A DNA stretch of 64,000 nt from Eledone cirrhosa (Eukaryota): NCBI GenBank assembly GCA_964016885.1, contig OZ024743.1:227602001-227666000 (forward strand), in the 5' to 3' direction. Below, piece after piece: positions 1 to 13,332 of the stretch. Under the pieces are notes generated by a model. It made no database searches and was not told the origin of the DNA. It saw nothing but the letters and a program-made list of their open reading frames with translations. Each line of letters opens with the position of its first letter. Within the stretch, counting starts at the first letter, position 1. The position numbers and the translations under genes are program-made.

Positions 1-41
<41 letters not shown>
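1..41. repeat. (AT)n microsatellite (further AT tracts at about 610-790, 2718-2758, 4235-4295, 4375-4433)
   Basis: Pure AT dinucleotide run read directly. Confidence 0.97.
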
Positions 42-45
<4 letters not shown>

Positions 46-612
46 ATTTTAATTTTAATTTTAATTAATTAGTGAAATGATTTATCATTAAATTATACTT
101 TGTTCATAGGATTTGGTAAGATCAAAATATGTCCGGAATTGTCACTGTACTGCCAAACATCAGACTCATTACTTAGAACAATCTATAATTTTCAATCCGA
201 AGATTTCTGGCCTCACTTTTTTGGCATATTTCGATATGTCTCATATGAAATAATACACCCAATTTTCCACACAATACATTTAGTTAGCACCCCGAACGCT
301 TAATTGGGAATATACTCACTTATTTCGTAATGTTTGTTGAGTGAGTTGGAATTTGGCCGGAGTATCGCTAAAAGCTTTCTCCGATAATGTATTGATATAT
401 ATATATATATATATAAGGGATAACAAAATATCGTTATAGGTAATCCAGTTAGAGGTTGTGAATACTTGGTATTGTGGAAAGTTTTAGCGTACAGTGGCAC
501 AGCTTCAAATATTCAGCAATTTTTAGACAACTTAATCAGTGAAACAATTGTTAAGACTGTAAATATAACCCCCTTCTTTTGTACTGTTGACCATGTTATT
601 CTTCACTCTTTC

Positions 613-709
<97 letters not shown>

Positions 710-737
710 TTATATATATCTTGGGGTCTTACTGGTT

Positions 738-790
<53 letters not shown>

Positions 791-1149
791 CTTTTCTTCG
801 CCCCGGTGTCATTCTTTATCTGCAAGTTGACTACTGTCCTTTTTATTTTCTCCTGTTTTATTATTTTTACTCCTTTCTATATTTTTTCTCCTTTGTCTAA
901 TCCTTTGCGCAGCGTTCATTCCGTTCTTTGTCAGGTGACGCACTTGAAATGCTTTTTTTCTATATTTACGTAATTTTCCTATAGGCATAACTTGTCTCTA
1001 ACTGTTTTCTTCTGTCCCGATGTGCACTGGAATGACTGGTATCAATTTTTAAAAATCCGAAACTAGTTATTTCCAGAGTTTCGCTTAGGAGATGGGATTG
1101 TCCGTCTTTCCGTTGTTTTTCCATTGTATTTGTCTTATACGCACCCTAT

Positions 1150-1570
1150 GGGACAGTATTGGCAGCGTCGTACGACATGCTTTTTGGTATAGAGTTGTGG
1201 ACTTTTACGTTCTGAGTTCAAATCTCGACGAGATTTGTTTTTCATCCTTAGAGAGTCGATAAAACGAAGTACCAATAACACACATGATGTTCATTTAATC
1301 AACTTTCCCCTCCCCTAAAATCATTAGCATTGTTCCTAAATCAGAAGACATTATTATTAGGGCATTGATTTAGCAGTTCCGGTAGGATGTCGGGCAACAT
1401 GCTTTGTATTATATGTTCTGATTTCAAATCCCGCCGAGGTTAGCTTTACCTTTCATCATTACGGTGTCAGTAAAATAAAGTAGCAGTGACTCACTGTGGT
1501 CGATTTATTCGACTAGCCTCTTATCTCCAAATTTCTGGCCTTGTGTCAAAATTAGAAACAATTATATTGA
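1150..1570 (+). mobile_element. Two tandem diverged copies of a tRNA-derived SINE (about 1150-1360 and 1361-1570)
   Basis: A-box-like TGGCAG and B-box-like GAGTTCAAAT, core TTTCATCCTT..GTCGATAAAA..AAGTACCA, 3' end GGCCTTGTG..AGAAAC, (ATT)n tail. Same layout as more than 10 other copies in the window. Confidence 0.8.
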
Positions 1571-2715
1571 TGTCAATCTTATATCATAGTTGACATTCGA
1601 TAATGCTATTGTGAGAAAATTGTCAACCACATTCTTTAGGGGAGCCAAATAACAGTATTAATTATTGAGTGATTAAGGTTATCAACAAGGAATTTAGGAT
1701 TAATATAGCAATACGACTGACTCGGTGTAACAATTGTCTATTTACATTGTTATATCGTAATGAAGAATCAACAGATAATCTTTTTTTTATGACAAGGGAT
1801 TAAAAATGATGACAATAGATTAATGAAAGGATATATACTTTAATGGAGTATAACGCTTGTTGTTTTGTATTTCATTCTTCTTTTCTTCTTCTGTTCTTCT
1901 TTCTTCCTTCATCGTCATTCTCTTTCTTTTTCGTTTTCTTATTTCTTCGTCTTTATTTTTCCTTGCCAGTTTGTGTTTCATTAAAAAAAAATCATTTATT
2001 TTAATTATTCTTAATATTACCACAGTTGCTTATACTGTTGTTATTGCCCATATTTTTCCTGATATTGGCGCTAATGTTATTTTGTTGTTGATATTGTTGT
2101 GAATTCTAGTGGGGTTATTGCAATTAACATAGTTGGTGTGTTTGCTGCTGTTATTGTTGATATTGTTGCTGTTGAACCTGAGCATGTCTACTCCTGCATT
2201 TTCAATACAGTTACGTTTTTATTATTGCCGTTTTAATTGTTTAACCAAACGAAGTAGCTGTAGTTGAAACTCTCACATAAATTTTAATATATATATAATG
2301 TGACCAGAACTACATTATCCAACATAACATTTCTTTCCTGAAAGAAGCAATATGTGATCTTATTAAGATTTTTTGTTAATTTCAGCAAGTCAAGCAATTA
2401 TGTAAGTATCCTAATCTTCACGATCCTGTCTTTTTAGAGTTAACGAGTTCTACATTATCAAATATTTCCTTCCGTGATTGTATGATGTGACAAGAGGGTC
2501 TTGTTTCTCCTTAGTCCGGACCTCTTGGGGCAGCAGCTCAAATGCGTTCTAGTCATAATTATTCTGTCCTTTTTTTCTTTTTCATGCGTATATAGGACTA
2601 CATTATTTATTATCGTTTGTCTTTGCTTCTTCGTCGATGGCAAAATCGAGTTATACACAGAAAGTATGAAAGAAATATTGAACGAAAGAGAAATAAAACG
2701 AACAAAAGACACATA

Positions 2716-2760
<45 letters not shown>

Positions 2761-2849
2761 TGGCTGCCAACTCGTTTTCGAGTACGGCCACTACTTTATA
2801 TCCATGTAGGAGAACCCCTACCGATGTGCTGAACGAGTGCGACTTTTTA

Positions 2850-3345
2850 GTCCAGCCAGTGACGTGAAAACTCTGGTACAAACACTACACTTGTGACAAT
2901 TATTGACACATAGTGCTGGGCCCATGGTACCATGTGACGACAAGTGCAGAGAGATCTCCAGATATAAAGCAATGCCTGTGCCGTGAAGCTTTTATAGTGA
3001 GCAAAGGCACTGCACAAAGCCAGTCCCACTCTCTTAACCAAGATGATATTTACCAAAAAGAAGAACAAGTCAACATCATTGGATACCATCACGGTTGCAG
3101 GTGTTATATCAGAGTTTTCCTTCTCTTAGAATTCTGCCTTGTCAAAGGCTAAGGGGTCATCTCTCCCGGTGATTCTGGATGGCCATTGACTCTTAAGAGC
3201 TCCTTTGCCCTTTGACAGGTTTTGTTTTTAGTCCTGCAGGATGTCCAAAGTCACCCTCCTCACCAAGAAACCTTGGTGGGGTTGCCAGTTTAGTCGCCAA
3301 CGACCCGACCATATACATGCATACATACATACATACATACATACA
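2850..3345. mobile_element. Probable degraded LINE/SINE terminal fragment next to a (CATA)n tract
   Basis: GC-richer island ending in (CATA)n at about 3312-3345. GAGTTTTCCTTCTC..AAGGCTAA resembles RTE-associated SINE termini. Family not assignable by eye. Confidence 0.3.
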
Positions 3346-3439
3346 TATGCAGAAGTTATATTTAATTTGTTGGGATTCCAACAAGCTTAAAAGTTTATAA
3401 CTGATATAAAGCACTCAACAGTTTACTGGAGTAAATATT

Positions 3440-3734
3440 CAATATATTAATAAATGGAAACTATATTTATAAAACCATAATTATTTTATTATATATATTT
3501 CAAGGGCAACCAAGGCAGTCTTGGTGCGCTTTCATCAGATAATATACAAGATTTGTTTTATAAATATTGACATAACCGTCAAGGTTGTTTTTCCACGGTT
3601 ATGTCAATATTTATAAAACAAATCTTGTATTTTATCTGATGAAAGCGCACCAAGACTGCCTTGGTTGCCGTTGAAATATATATAATAAAATAATTATGGT
3701 TTTATAAATATAGTTTCCATTTATTAATATATTG
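3440..3734. repeat. Long inverted repeat (140-bp arms, 15-nt spacer) containing a hammerhead-like motif; probable Penelope-like terminal remnant
   Basis: 3440-3579 is the reverse complement of 3595-3734 with few mismatches. The right arm has CTGATGA-(ACCAAG/CTTGGT stem)-GAAA at about 3636-3677. Confidence 0.85.
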
Positions 3735-4186
3735 TATATATTTATATATCCTCTAATTAGTAAGGTAAATATGTCCTATGGCAGCCATCTTGTTACCCAT
3801 AGGCAGATCTCACACAATGCAACCTCGACAGATGAATACTGCTTGATTATGGCTGACAACTGATGCAACTAAGACACCATAGGGAAAAATATATATTATG
3901 TAACATTCTCTCATTATTTTAATTTATATTCCTTTGAAGTTCCGACGAGCCGCTCTGTTTTTTAAATATGTTAATTATTTTCAACTGAACCAGATCAATT
4001 ATGATATATAGTCATATGGTCCAAAAATATCATATGGAGTAGCAAAACAATTGTAAACGGACATTATTATTATTAATATTATTATTATTATTCTCTGCAT
4101 TCCTTACATCAAACTAAAATATGTTGACAATCTTTTAATAATGTCTTCCTTGTGAAATTTGTGGTCTTGTTTTGCTTAACTAATGA

Positions 4187-4217
<31 letters not shown>

Positions 4218-4230
4218 AAACGAACAAAAG

Positions 4231-4298
<68 letters not shown>

Positions 4299-4372
4299 GT
4301 CCAGAATTAGCTGTCGAAACGGCTTGAGCTCAGCCGTCGGGGTCTTACTGGTTCCTTACCACATTTCCTTCG

Positions 4373-4433
<61 letters not shown>

Positions 4434-4436
<3 letters not shown>

Positions 4437-5347
4437 TAAAACATGTCTATAGAATCACTAGATAAAATATATACTGTTTCCTCTCTCAATTAGCATAATT
4501 AACCATATAAAAAAATCAATTAGACCAAGCTATAAGTATAAAGGCTCTTATGAAGAAATCTCCGACAAATAACCGAAAGCAGCCCCTTCGCGGCGGTTAC
4601 GACGGAGTATTTATCGAACATTTCGACAGCATGTATAAATCGACCAGATATACAGTCAACTAAACAGAATTAGGTGTAAAATAAACTAGAAGAAATATGT
4701 ACATATTTAATTACCTCTAACATGGTTTCGTACGTATTTTAAGACATCCGATATCAGTGGATATCTAGAGCTTCGGATTCATCAGGAAGTTAGCTCAAAT
4801 TTAGACAATTAATTTTCCAAAGTGATCGCGCCAAGAATACATTCAAAAATGGCTAAGAATCGTGACGTGGCAGCGGTCAAGTTAGAAAGGATGTGATTAG
4901 TTGCTTACGACTGGTAGGCATATTGCTAGAAAGCGCAGCCCAATACAGCCAAATTGCATCTCAACCTAACGGGAGATTATTACATATAAGGGTTTACATA
5001 TATATATGTATAAAGTCATAGATATATATGTGTTTTGCAACGGGTCACTTTGTGGCTCAATGAAGAATTAATAAATTAAATAATCAGAGCTATATATCAT
5101 AAAACATGTTCTATAGAATCACTAGATAAAATATATACCGTTTCCTCTCCCAATTGGCATAATTAAACATATAAAAAAACAATTAGACCTAGCTATAAGA
5201 ATAAAGGCTCCTATGAAGAAATCTCCGTATATATTATATCTAGTGATTCTATAGACATGTTTTATGATATATAGCTATGATTATTTAATTTATTAATTCT
5301 TCATTGAGCCACAAAGTGACCCGTTGCAAAACACATATATATCTATG

Positions 5348-5395
<48 letters not shown>
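4434..5395. mobile_element. Penelope-like terminal-repeat structure (partial tandem plus inverted copy)
   Basis: Direct repeat about 4434-4565 / 5097-5227. About 5236-5392 is the inverse of about 4988-5130. Minus-strand CTGATGA...GAAAC at about 4727-4785. Confidence 0.6.
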
Positions 5396-5425
<30 letters not shown>

Positions 5426-5778
5426 CAAGGTTTAGCAAATAAGATAAAGTTTCAAAATAAATTTTAAAAATTAACTGTACTTACTATGGTTACCTTTACC
5501 GAGTCGGTTTCGATACTCAAAAATAAACGGAGTCCATACAGCCTTCGTTGCAAAGAAAGAATCTCGTCAGAAGGATCTTTTCATTCGGAGAATATAAAAT
5601 TCTCGAATTCAATTTACGAACTGGCGCTATTCAAAATTGTTCCCGAGATGAGAGTAAATGAAGTGGAATCAATTTTTTCAAGGACCGAGTGTAAAGATAG
5701 AGGTCAGATGGCTACTGCTATAACTATCAGCAGTCAGAACGACCAAATTTTTCTCAACATAGAGGAGATATATATATA

Positions 5779-5809
<31 letters not shown>

Positions 5810-5865
5810 GTATGTGTCTTTTGTTCGTTTTTTTTCCTCTTTCGTTCAATATTTCTTTCATACTT

Positions 5866-6026
5866 TCTATCTATCTATCTATCTGTCTGTCTATCTGACT
5901 GTCTGTCTGTCTGTCAGTTTATATATCAGAAAGATAATCTATCTATCCATCTATCATTTACCTGACAACCTTCCCATTTCTCCAATCTCATATATATATA
6001 TGTGTGTGTGTATATATATATATATG

Positions 6027-6064
<38 letters not shown>

Positions 6065-6080
6065 TGTGTGTGTGTATATA

Positions 6081-6172
<92 letters not shown>

Positions 6173-6387
6173 TAAGTATATATATATAATTGTATATATA
6201 TATGTATATATATATATATGTATATATATGTATATGTATATATATGTATATATATGAGTATATATGTATATATACATATATATATATGTGTATGTATATA
6301 TATATACACATATATATACATATATATATATACACATATATATACATATATATACATATATATACATATATATATACATATATATAC

Positions 6388-6438
<51 letters not shown>

Positions 6439-6443
6439 CATAA

Positions 6444-6528
<85 letters not shown>
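5866..6528. repeat. Degenerate (TCTA)/(TCTG) tract followed by a long compound (AT)/(TG)/(AC) microsatellite
   Basis: Direct reading; source of spurious YIYI ORFs. Confidence 0.95.
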
Positions 6529-6740
6529 GTGAAAAATGGAACGGGAACAAAACAGAGAGGCAGTACGAACAAAGGTTTATTAGTTTCAGCTCTTGAGAGT
6601 GTGGAGTGAGGAACAACGTTTCGGGCATAAGCCCTTCTTCAGGCGAAAAGTGTGTGGGAAGAGAATTCCAAGGGAGTGGTGGGGAGTGGGGGAGAGACAT
6701 TTTAAAAAAATGGGGTGACAGGAAACGGTGGAAGTGGTAC
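6529..6740 (-). mobile_element. Penelope-like terminal fragment with hammerhead core, abutting the broken 3' end of Tx1 copy 1
   Basis: Minus strand CTGAAGA-A-GGGC-TTAT-GCCC-GAAACGTT (core 6618-6642), followed by AATAAA and an AT tract. Confidence 0.6.
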
Positions 6741-9700
6741 ATCTGGAGGCCTGGACCGAACCAGACCCCGAGCAATTTGACCGGTCCTTCCGTCCAGCGT
6801 CCAACGACACTGTCGGAAGGCAGGGGTTTGCCTCTCCATGTGCCGAGTTGCAAACCGACACACTGGTTTGGGTTTAGTCTTGCTCCTGTCAACGTTTCGT
6901 ATTCCTGTAATAGGTGGCCGATTACGCTGATTTCCGAGGTTTTCGACACCATTACGGTTATGTTGTCGGCATAGGGTGACGCTGCTTTCCGCAGTCCTGG
7001 TTCGATCGGGATGCCTTGCAACAGCTCCAACTTCCGCAGTAACGGCTCGAGATTCAGTACATACAGAATGGATGAGAGAGGGCATCCCTGACGGATGGAA
7101 CGCATGATTTGGAATGGTTCTGATAGGTAGCCATTCCCCTTGACTGCCGAGCAGATACTGGTGTGCATGGCAGCGATCCAGCATCTGAAGACGGGACGGA
7201 AGCCGGCCGCCTTGAGAACTGCTTCCAAGTATTGATGGTCAACCCTATCAAATGCATTAGACTGATCTAAATTGATCAGAGACCCACCGAAGCCAGGTTT
7301 ACACCCTACCCTCTCTATGATGTTTCGCATGAGGTGGAGGTTGTCGTGTATGGGCCTGGTCGGGATTGCACACGTTTGGGTTTCCCTACCAGGTTCTCGA
7401 CGAAAAGCGCCAGCCTTGCTGCTAACACCTTGAACAAAATCTTTAACTGTGTGTTGAGCAGAGTTATGGGCCTGAAATTGCTTATCTCATCCTCCTTGTT
7501 CTCATCTTGCCTGATCAGTGTTACTACGCCTCTGCCTACAGAACTGGGAATCCTCCCGTTCTGCTGCCAGTTGCAGTAGACCGCTTCGAGGACGCCAGAG
7601 AACAAGTCTGGCATGCCAATGCAAAACTCATAGGGTACACCATCTAAACCGGGTGATTTGCTTTTCCCGCAGCTGCCTAGGGTATCTTCTATTTCGCCTA
7701 CTGTGATCGGCCTTTCGCAGCTCTCCGCATGTCCAGATTGGTGGTGTTTGGGGAGGGAGGGAATCCTTTTAGCAGGACACGGTTAAGGGGCTTTTGGTAA
7801 GGGGGGGGGGGGGGGGCACATCATGTGGGAAATTCTCTTTTAAAGTTTCATACTGTAGTGTTGTTACCCTGATAAGTTTGAGGTTTGGGGGTGGGTCGTT
7901 GGTGGGGAAGGTTTTCCCTTCCATTTGTATTGTGGGGTCCTTTCGGACAGTTTCCACCAGTTCTTTGTTTCTTGTTTTTATGTATGTGTAGTGTGTTTTG
8001 TTTTTTATGTGTACTGTTTCTGTTTGAAGTTTTCTTTTTGTGGTTGGGGTTTGTGATTGTGGTGGTGTGGGTGTTTGTTTTGTTGGTGAAGTGTTTGGTT
8101 GTGTTGGTGGTGATTGTGTTGTTCGTGTGTTTGTCGTTTGTGGTGGTGTGTTTATGGTGGTGTTGGGTGTGTGTGTGTTTTCTGTAGATGTTTTTGTGTC
8201 TTTTTTGTGCCTTTTATTGTTTTTTGGATCTTTGGGGTTCCTCTTCATTCTCACTTGGAGATGTAGAGGTTCCCGTATCTGAGACTTCTGAATCAGGGGT
8301 AGATGGGAGGGGTATCTTGTGTGGTGGAGTGTTTGTGCAGGTGTTTGTGGAAGTATTTGACAGGGGGGGGGAGGCAATGGAGGGGTTTTCAGTGGGATTT
8401 TGTGTGCGTGGTTGTCTCTGGTCTGTGGTGGTGGGGGAGGGGATGTTGCAGGTTTTTGTGTTGTGTTTGGTTTGGAGTGTTGATGTTGGGGTTTTGGTGT
8501 TGGTAATAACACCTTGTTTGTCCTCGGTTTATTTAAGAGAGGGCAAAAGGCCTTTAAGTGTGTGGTTTTCCCACACTTATGGCACTGAGGTCTTTTCCCC
8601 TCCACTAAAATGGAGTTGACATCTTCCTCAAGGACGATCCTGTCCGGTATTTTCTCAACTCTATCTGGCCTCATTTGTACCAGAACCTCGAAGCAGGTTC
8701 CAAACCAGTTATGCCGGTCTGTCCTGTCTACAGATAGGAGGGTGTCCTCATCCTTCTTCAGGATGCAGCGTAGGATCCACCATATGTTGACCTCTGCTGG
8801 GATCCTGGTTATTTTAATTTTATATGATCTTCTTCCCATGTATGTGGGAAAGAAGATGTGTTGATCCGTTTTTATTGGGTAAACCGAGTGTTTTTGTGCC
8901 AGAGTTTCGCTGTTAAAGAGCATTGACACACTTCCATACTGTTTACCCCTTTGTGTATGCCACGTCTGGCTTGATGTCTTTTAGTGCAGCTTCGATAGTG
9001 CTTGTTGGGAGCGTTATGGGTTTTTTGGTAGTGATGTCAACTGTTCTATAAATTAGCTTATTTTTCTGTGTCATCTCTCTTACTTGTGGGGGTATGTGTA
9101 TGTGTAGGGTGTCTCCCTCAAACGTCTCATAGCTGGAAGCTTCTTCCAAATATTGGGACTTTTGGGATATGTCCACCTGTTGCTTAACAACTGTTGCTGC
9201 AAATAGAATTTTGTTATTGTTGTTGTTGGTGGTGATGATGGTCTCATTCGTTGTGTTGCCACTGATTCCTTTTGTTGTGTTGTTGTTCTCGTTTATTGTG
9301 TTGTTGTTGTTGGTTGTGGTGGTATTAGTGTTTGCTACACATACTTCCTTCTGTATGTGGATACATGTGACGTTTGTGACGTCAGGCGTGTTCAGTTGCT
9401 TACAAGCAGCTGAAGCTTGTTCCTCTTCTAAATGTTGAGGCGATAATGTTGGCATTCCTTTGTCCATGTCTGCTACTACCTGCTGGTCAAGTAGGCATGG
9501 CTTTCCCTTCCAATCTTCTTGTTTTTTTTAAAAAGTAGGTGCCTTTGCTTCAGCCATATTTTTTAATTTGAAGTGTTTTGCAAAAAATTTTTTCGAAAAT
9601 ATTTTGGATGTTTTTGCCCTGAGGGGCACGATATTGTGGGAGACTGACCAGATCAAGATTTGACCTGTCAGTCACTCTACAAATTGGTATAAAAATAAAA

Positions 9701-9773
9701 GTTCACAATGACGAATTTCTAACGAAATTTAAACAAAACATACCGAGCAAGTTTAACACATGTGTCCATCCGA
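6741..9773 (-). mobile_element. Tx1-like LINE copy 1: 5'-complete, internally deleted (ORF1 end + endonuclease), 3'-truncated
   Basis: 5' end in degenerate (TATC)n. ORF1 ATG at 9557 with early stop and frameshift. CCHC knuckle CHKCGKTTHLKAFC. RT motifs [34 protein letters not shown]. Deletion junction at about 7730. Confidence 0.92.
7769..9557 (-). pseudogene. Tx1 ORF1 (Asn/Thr-rich N-terminus, RRM-like region, CCHC knuckle, Pro/Thr linker, C-terminal domain), disrupted
   Basis: ORF fragments 8943-9467 and 7769-8929 are homologous to the other ORF1s in the window. Confidence 0.85.
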
Positions 9774-11388
9774 GATATAGATATATAGACAGATAGATAG
9801 ATAGATAGATAAATTTCTTTATTAGCCACAAGGGCACAAAAGAAGGGGACAAATACAAATGGGGAGTTTACATACAGGTATATGAAAATAAAACTATTAA
9901 TAAAATAACAAATAACAATTGAAATCCCCAATAGGGGGGAGGCGTTACACAGGGGTAAAAACCCCGAAAAATTGTACAACACTCATCTCCAGGAGCACAG
10001 AGAGTGAGTACTCCCTTCCTCTCTTCCTCTTTTTCCTCAACCTACAGGCTTATATAGAGAGAAAGCCCAACCACTCGGGCCATCTTTGCCACATTCACCC
10101 ACTTTTTATAAAATTGCTGGGGTACAGCACCTCTCTCGCCATCCTGATTCTTCTTCCAGAATGATATTTGAAAAAACGAATCAGTTGCTCGCCGGAGAGA
10201 AAGGTGGCTGAGCTCAGCCCTTTTAACATCGTCCACCATATAACCTCTTTCACCATAGCCATAACACATAGGAAAACCGCTTCTCCCTAGTTTTTTAAGG
10301 AGGGTGGCGGTTTGATCATGACAATGGACTCGGTGGTCAACTGGATTGGTCCCACCCGCGACAATAGTCGTTCTACATAGCCCCACAGGTCGGTAACGCT
10401 CGGGCAGTGTACAAATGCGTGCGCGACGGTTTCTTCGTCACGAACGCATCTCGGACAAATCTTTTTCGAAGGGTCCCTGCCCGGGCGCTCGTGTCTGTAG
10501 AGCTTGTCTCGAACTGGTAGAGCTCCTCGGTAGCACTGCCAGGCCAGGGACTTTTGGAAGTTGTTCATCGGTCCCGAGCGGATAGTCCTACCGAACAGTT
10601 CGTCTTCCTCTACGGCAAGAGTTTCTCCGAGCGCATCGTTGCACTTGCTGTGGACCAACGCTCTATAGAATGACGAAGTGGAGTCTCCATTGATCGCCGG
10701 GTCCACCTGCCAGAGGGCTGTGAGTGCCTGAGCACATTCGATGTGCCAGTCGCCCATCTTCCTCGGTCTTTTCTTGACTCAGGACTGCAGTTCGGTCAGC
10801 GAGACGAGCCGTGGTAAGGCTCGCCTCACGAGGGGGGTCCACACCGGTTGTACGGTGAGGAATACGTGGAGGTGCCGCAGCCTGAGCGCGTGTTTGCGCA
10901 TCGTCAGCCACGGCATACACAGCCTCCCGTTGGAAGGGTGCTTACAGCAGACGGATCTCCTCATCAAAGGAGCCCGTTTCTTCCAAAAGAATTGGAAGAG
11001 CGCGTGCTCCATTTTGGTGAGCGTTTTAGCTGGACACGAGCACCCGGGCAGGGACCCTTCGAAAAAGATTTGTCTGAGATGCGTTCGTCATCTACTACCG
11101 CTTGACCGTCGTGGTCAAGCGGTAGTAGATGAGGGACGCTATAAAAGTGTTCGCCACTTCCGCTCGACCTTTCAAGGATAGTTTGCACTCGGCCCACTTC
11201 TGGGTGAGCGCAAACGCCTTGGCCGTCACCTCGTTCCAGTTCTTCTCTACCTGGAGGTTCGGACCAAACTAGACCCTGAGCAGCTTCACCGGTCCTTCCG
11301 TCCAGCGTCCGACGACGCCATTGGAGGCATCGGTTTGCCTCTCCACGATCCGAATTGCAAACCGACGGACTTGTCCCGGTTCAGCTTC
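9774..11388 (-). mobile_element. Tx1-like LINE copy 2: 5'-truncated, 3' part of ORF2 + 3' UTR + (TATC)n tail
   Basis: CPRCVRDEETVAHAFVHC zinc finger, stop at 10042, AATAAAGAAAT then (TATC)n 9774-9810. Internal inversion at about 11030-11132. Confidence 0.92.
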
Positions 11389-11742
11389 GGTAACATCAAG
11401 GTAATAGTAATGATGAAGATGATCATGACGAGGATGTTGATAATTGTAGTGATAATAATTATGATGATGAGGAGGAAGAGGGGGATTTTAGTGATGATGA
11501 GGATGAAAGAGAAAACAAGAAGTTCATTATTTGTAGACTTATTCTTCAGTTATTTAAGAGAGCAGATAATAGATTAACATGTGTCTGCCGTTTACTTCAG
11601 CAACAACTCATCATCATCGTCATAATAATCATCATAATCTTCTTCTCCTCCTTCTCCTTCTTTTTTCTTCTTCTTTTTCTTCCTTTTCTTCTTTTTCTTC
11701 ATCTTCAAACGTCGTCGTCGTCGTCGACGTTATTCATGGGCT

Positions 11743-11906
<164 letters not shown>

Positions 11907-13220
11907 TTTACATTTAAATCATCATCTCTATCATCACCACTATCAACACCATCGTGAGCTATTCTCTCTTTACCTATAAGGCATCATCACCATCATCATC
12001 ATCACCACCACCATCATCACCACCATCATCATCATCATCTGTTGCTGCCTCTTTCTCACTCTGTCCTTACGTATAAGGCATCTGCATCACCACCACTACC
12101 ACCATAATCATAAAAACGTCTACTATCATCATCACCATTATAGCAATCTTTCTTGCTTGAATTGATTGTTGTTTATAGGTTTTGTGAAAAAAACAAAACA
12201 AAGAGCCTTTGTTTTATGTTTTGTTTGCATTCAAGAAAAAAGGGAACTTTGATCATTTCTTACTTGAAAAAGATGAAGACGGTGAAATATTAGAAGTGAT
12301 GGGGGGTAATAGCAATAGTATTAATGGAGGTGGAGCTGGTGCTGGTAATGGCAGCAGTGGTAGTAGTGATAGTGGGGTTTGCTGTAATTTTTTCAGCATA
12401 ACATGAATACAACGTTACAGATGCTTCAAAACAAAGAGACGAATTAATATATATTAAAAAATATAAATATATGAATAAAGCGAGATTAATATCATGAATA
12501 GTGCACTATATGATATGATATATAAATATACAATATATATATATATATATATATACTTTCAAAGAAGGAGAGATTAGCCATTTTGCTTTTGTAGAATGGG
12601 GATATAATCAATATCTATGTACTTGTGGATTTATGTTATCGACCTAATGAATAGGTGAGCATTAGAATCATATGCGCTCCCCGGTGAGAATTGAACTCAT
12701 AATGAAATGGGACGACAGTAAAAGTTTTTTTTTTTTTTGCATTATTATTAATCCATAGTTTTACCATTTTGCCATATAAACATAAACCATGTTTTCAACA
12801 TTAGATACAATTCTGCTGTTATTTTGGTTTGGTAGAAATTTAGCCTTTACAAAGCAAGTCTGTGATTAAAGAAATCGAAACTATTACTATCTCGTCTTTT
12901 CCGATTTCTATTTTTTGACACAAGCTCTACCTCAGACTACTTTAGCTAATGGGTAAATTTCACATATTTTTAAAGACGATAGGATATAGGTTGGAGTTTA
13001 TTTCACTGCGATTTCTCGCAAAGCGTGTGATGACCTCATGGTTATTTCATTGGCGAAGCATACGGTTAATTGGTGGATGCAAATGACAGAATCACCGAAT
13101 CGTCATGTATATATTGGTGGTATTTAAATTAGTAGTCTTTGGTTGAAGAAATCAAAAGTCGATGGATCAGACAAATGAAATGAAATCAACGGAAAGTCTA
13201 ATAAATGTGGGTATGTATGT

Positions 13221-13228
<8 letters not shown>

Positions 13229-13303
<75 letters not shown>
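13229..13303. repeat. (TG)n microsatellite (others at about 14283-14358, 18476-18566)
   Basis: Direct reading. Confidence 0.97.
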
Positions 13304-13307
<4 letters not shown>

Positions 13308-13332
13308 ATGTTTTGAAATAGTGAGCAGGTTT

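Noticed and set aside
5778-6609. Long YIYIYI ORFs (also about 470-970, 14600-15090, 43050-43430, 46000-48350)
   Set aside because: Translations of (AT)n/(TG)n microsatellites that lack stop codons.
7725-7735. Internal deletions at about 7730 and 33293 as retroposed spliced isoforms
   Set aside because: Junctions show short microhomology (CAT; AC) and do not use the GTAAGT donor or an AG acceptor.
12672-12700. tRNA gene (minus-strand GAGTTCAATTCTCACCGGGGAGCG)
   Set aside because: Only a T-arm/acceptor-like fragment with no full cloverleaf; likely a SINE or tRNA relic. SINE heads elsewhere are likewise not called as tRNA genes.
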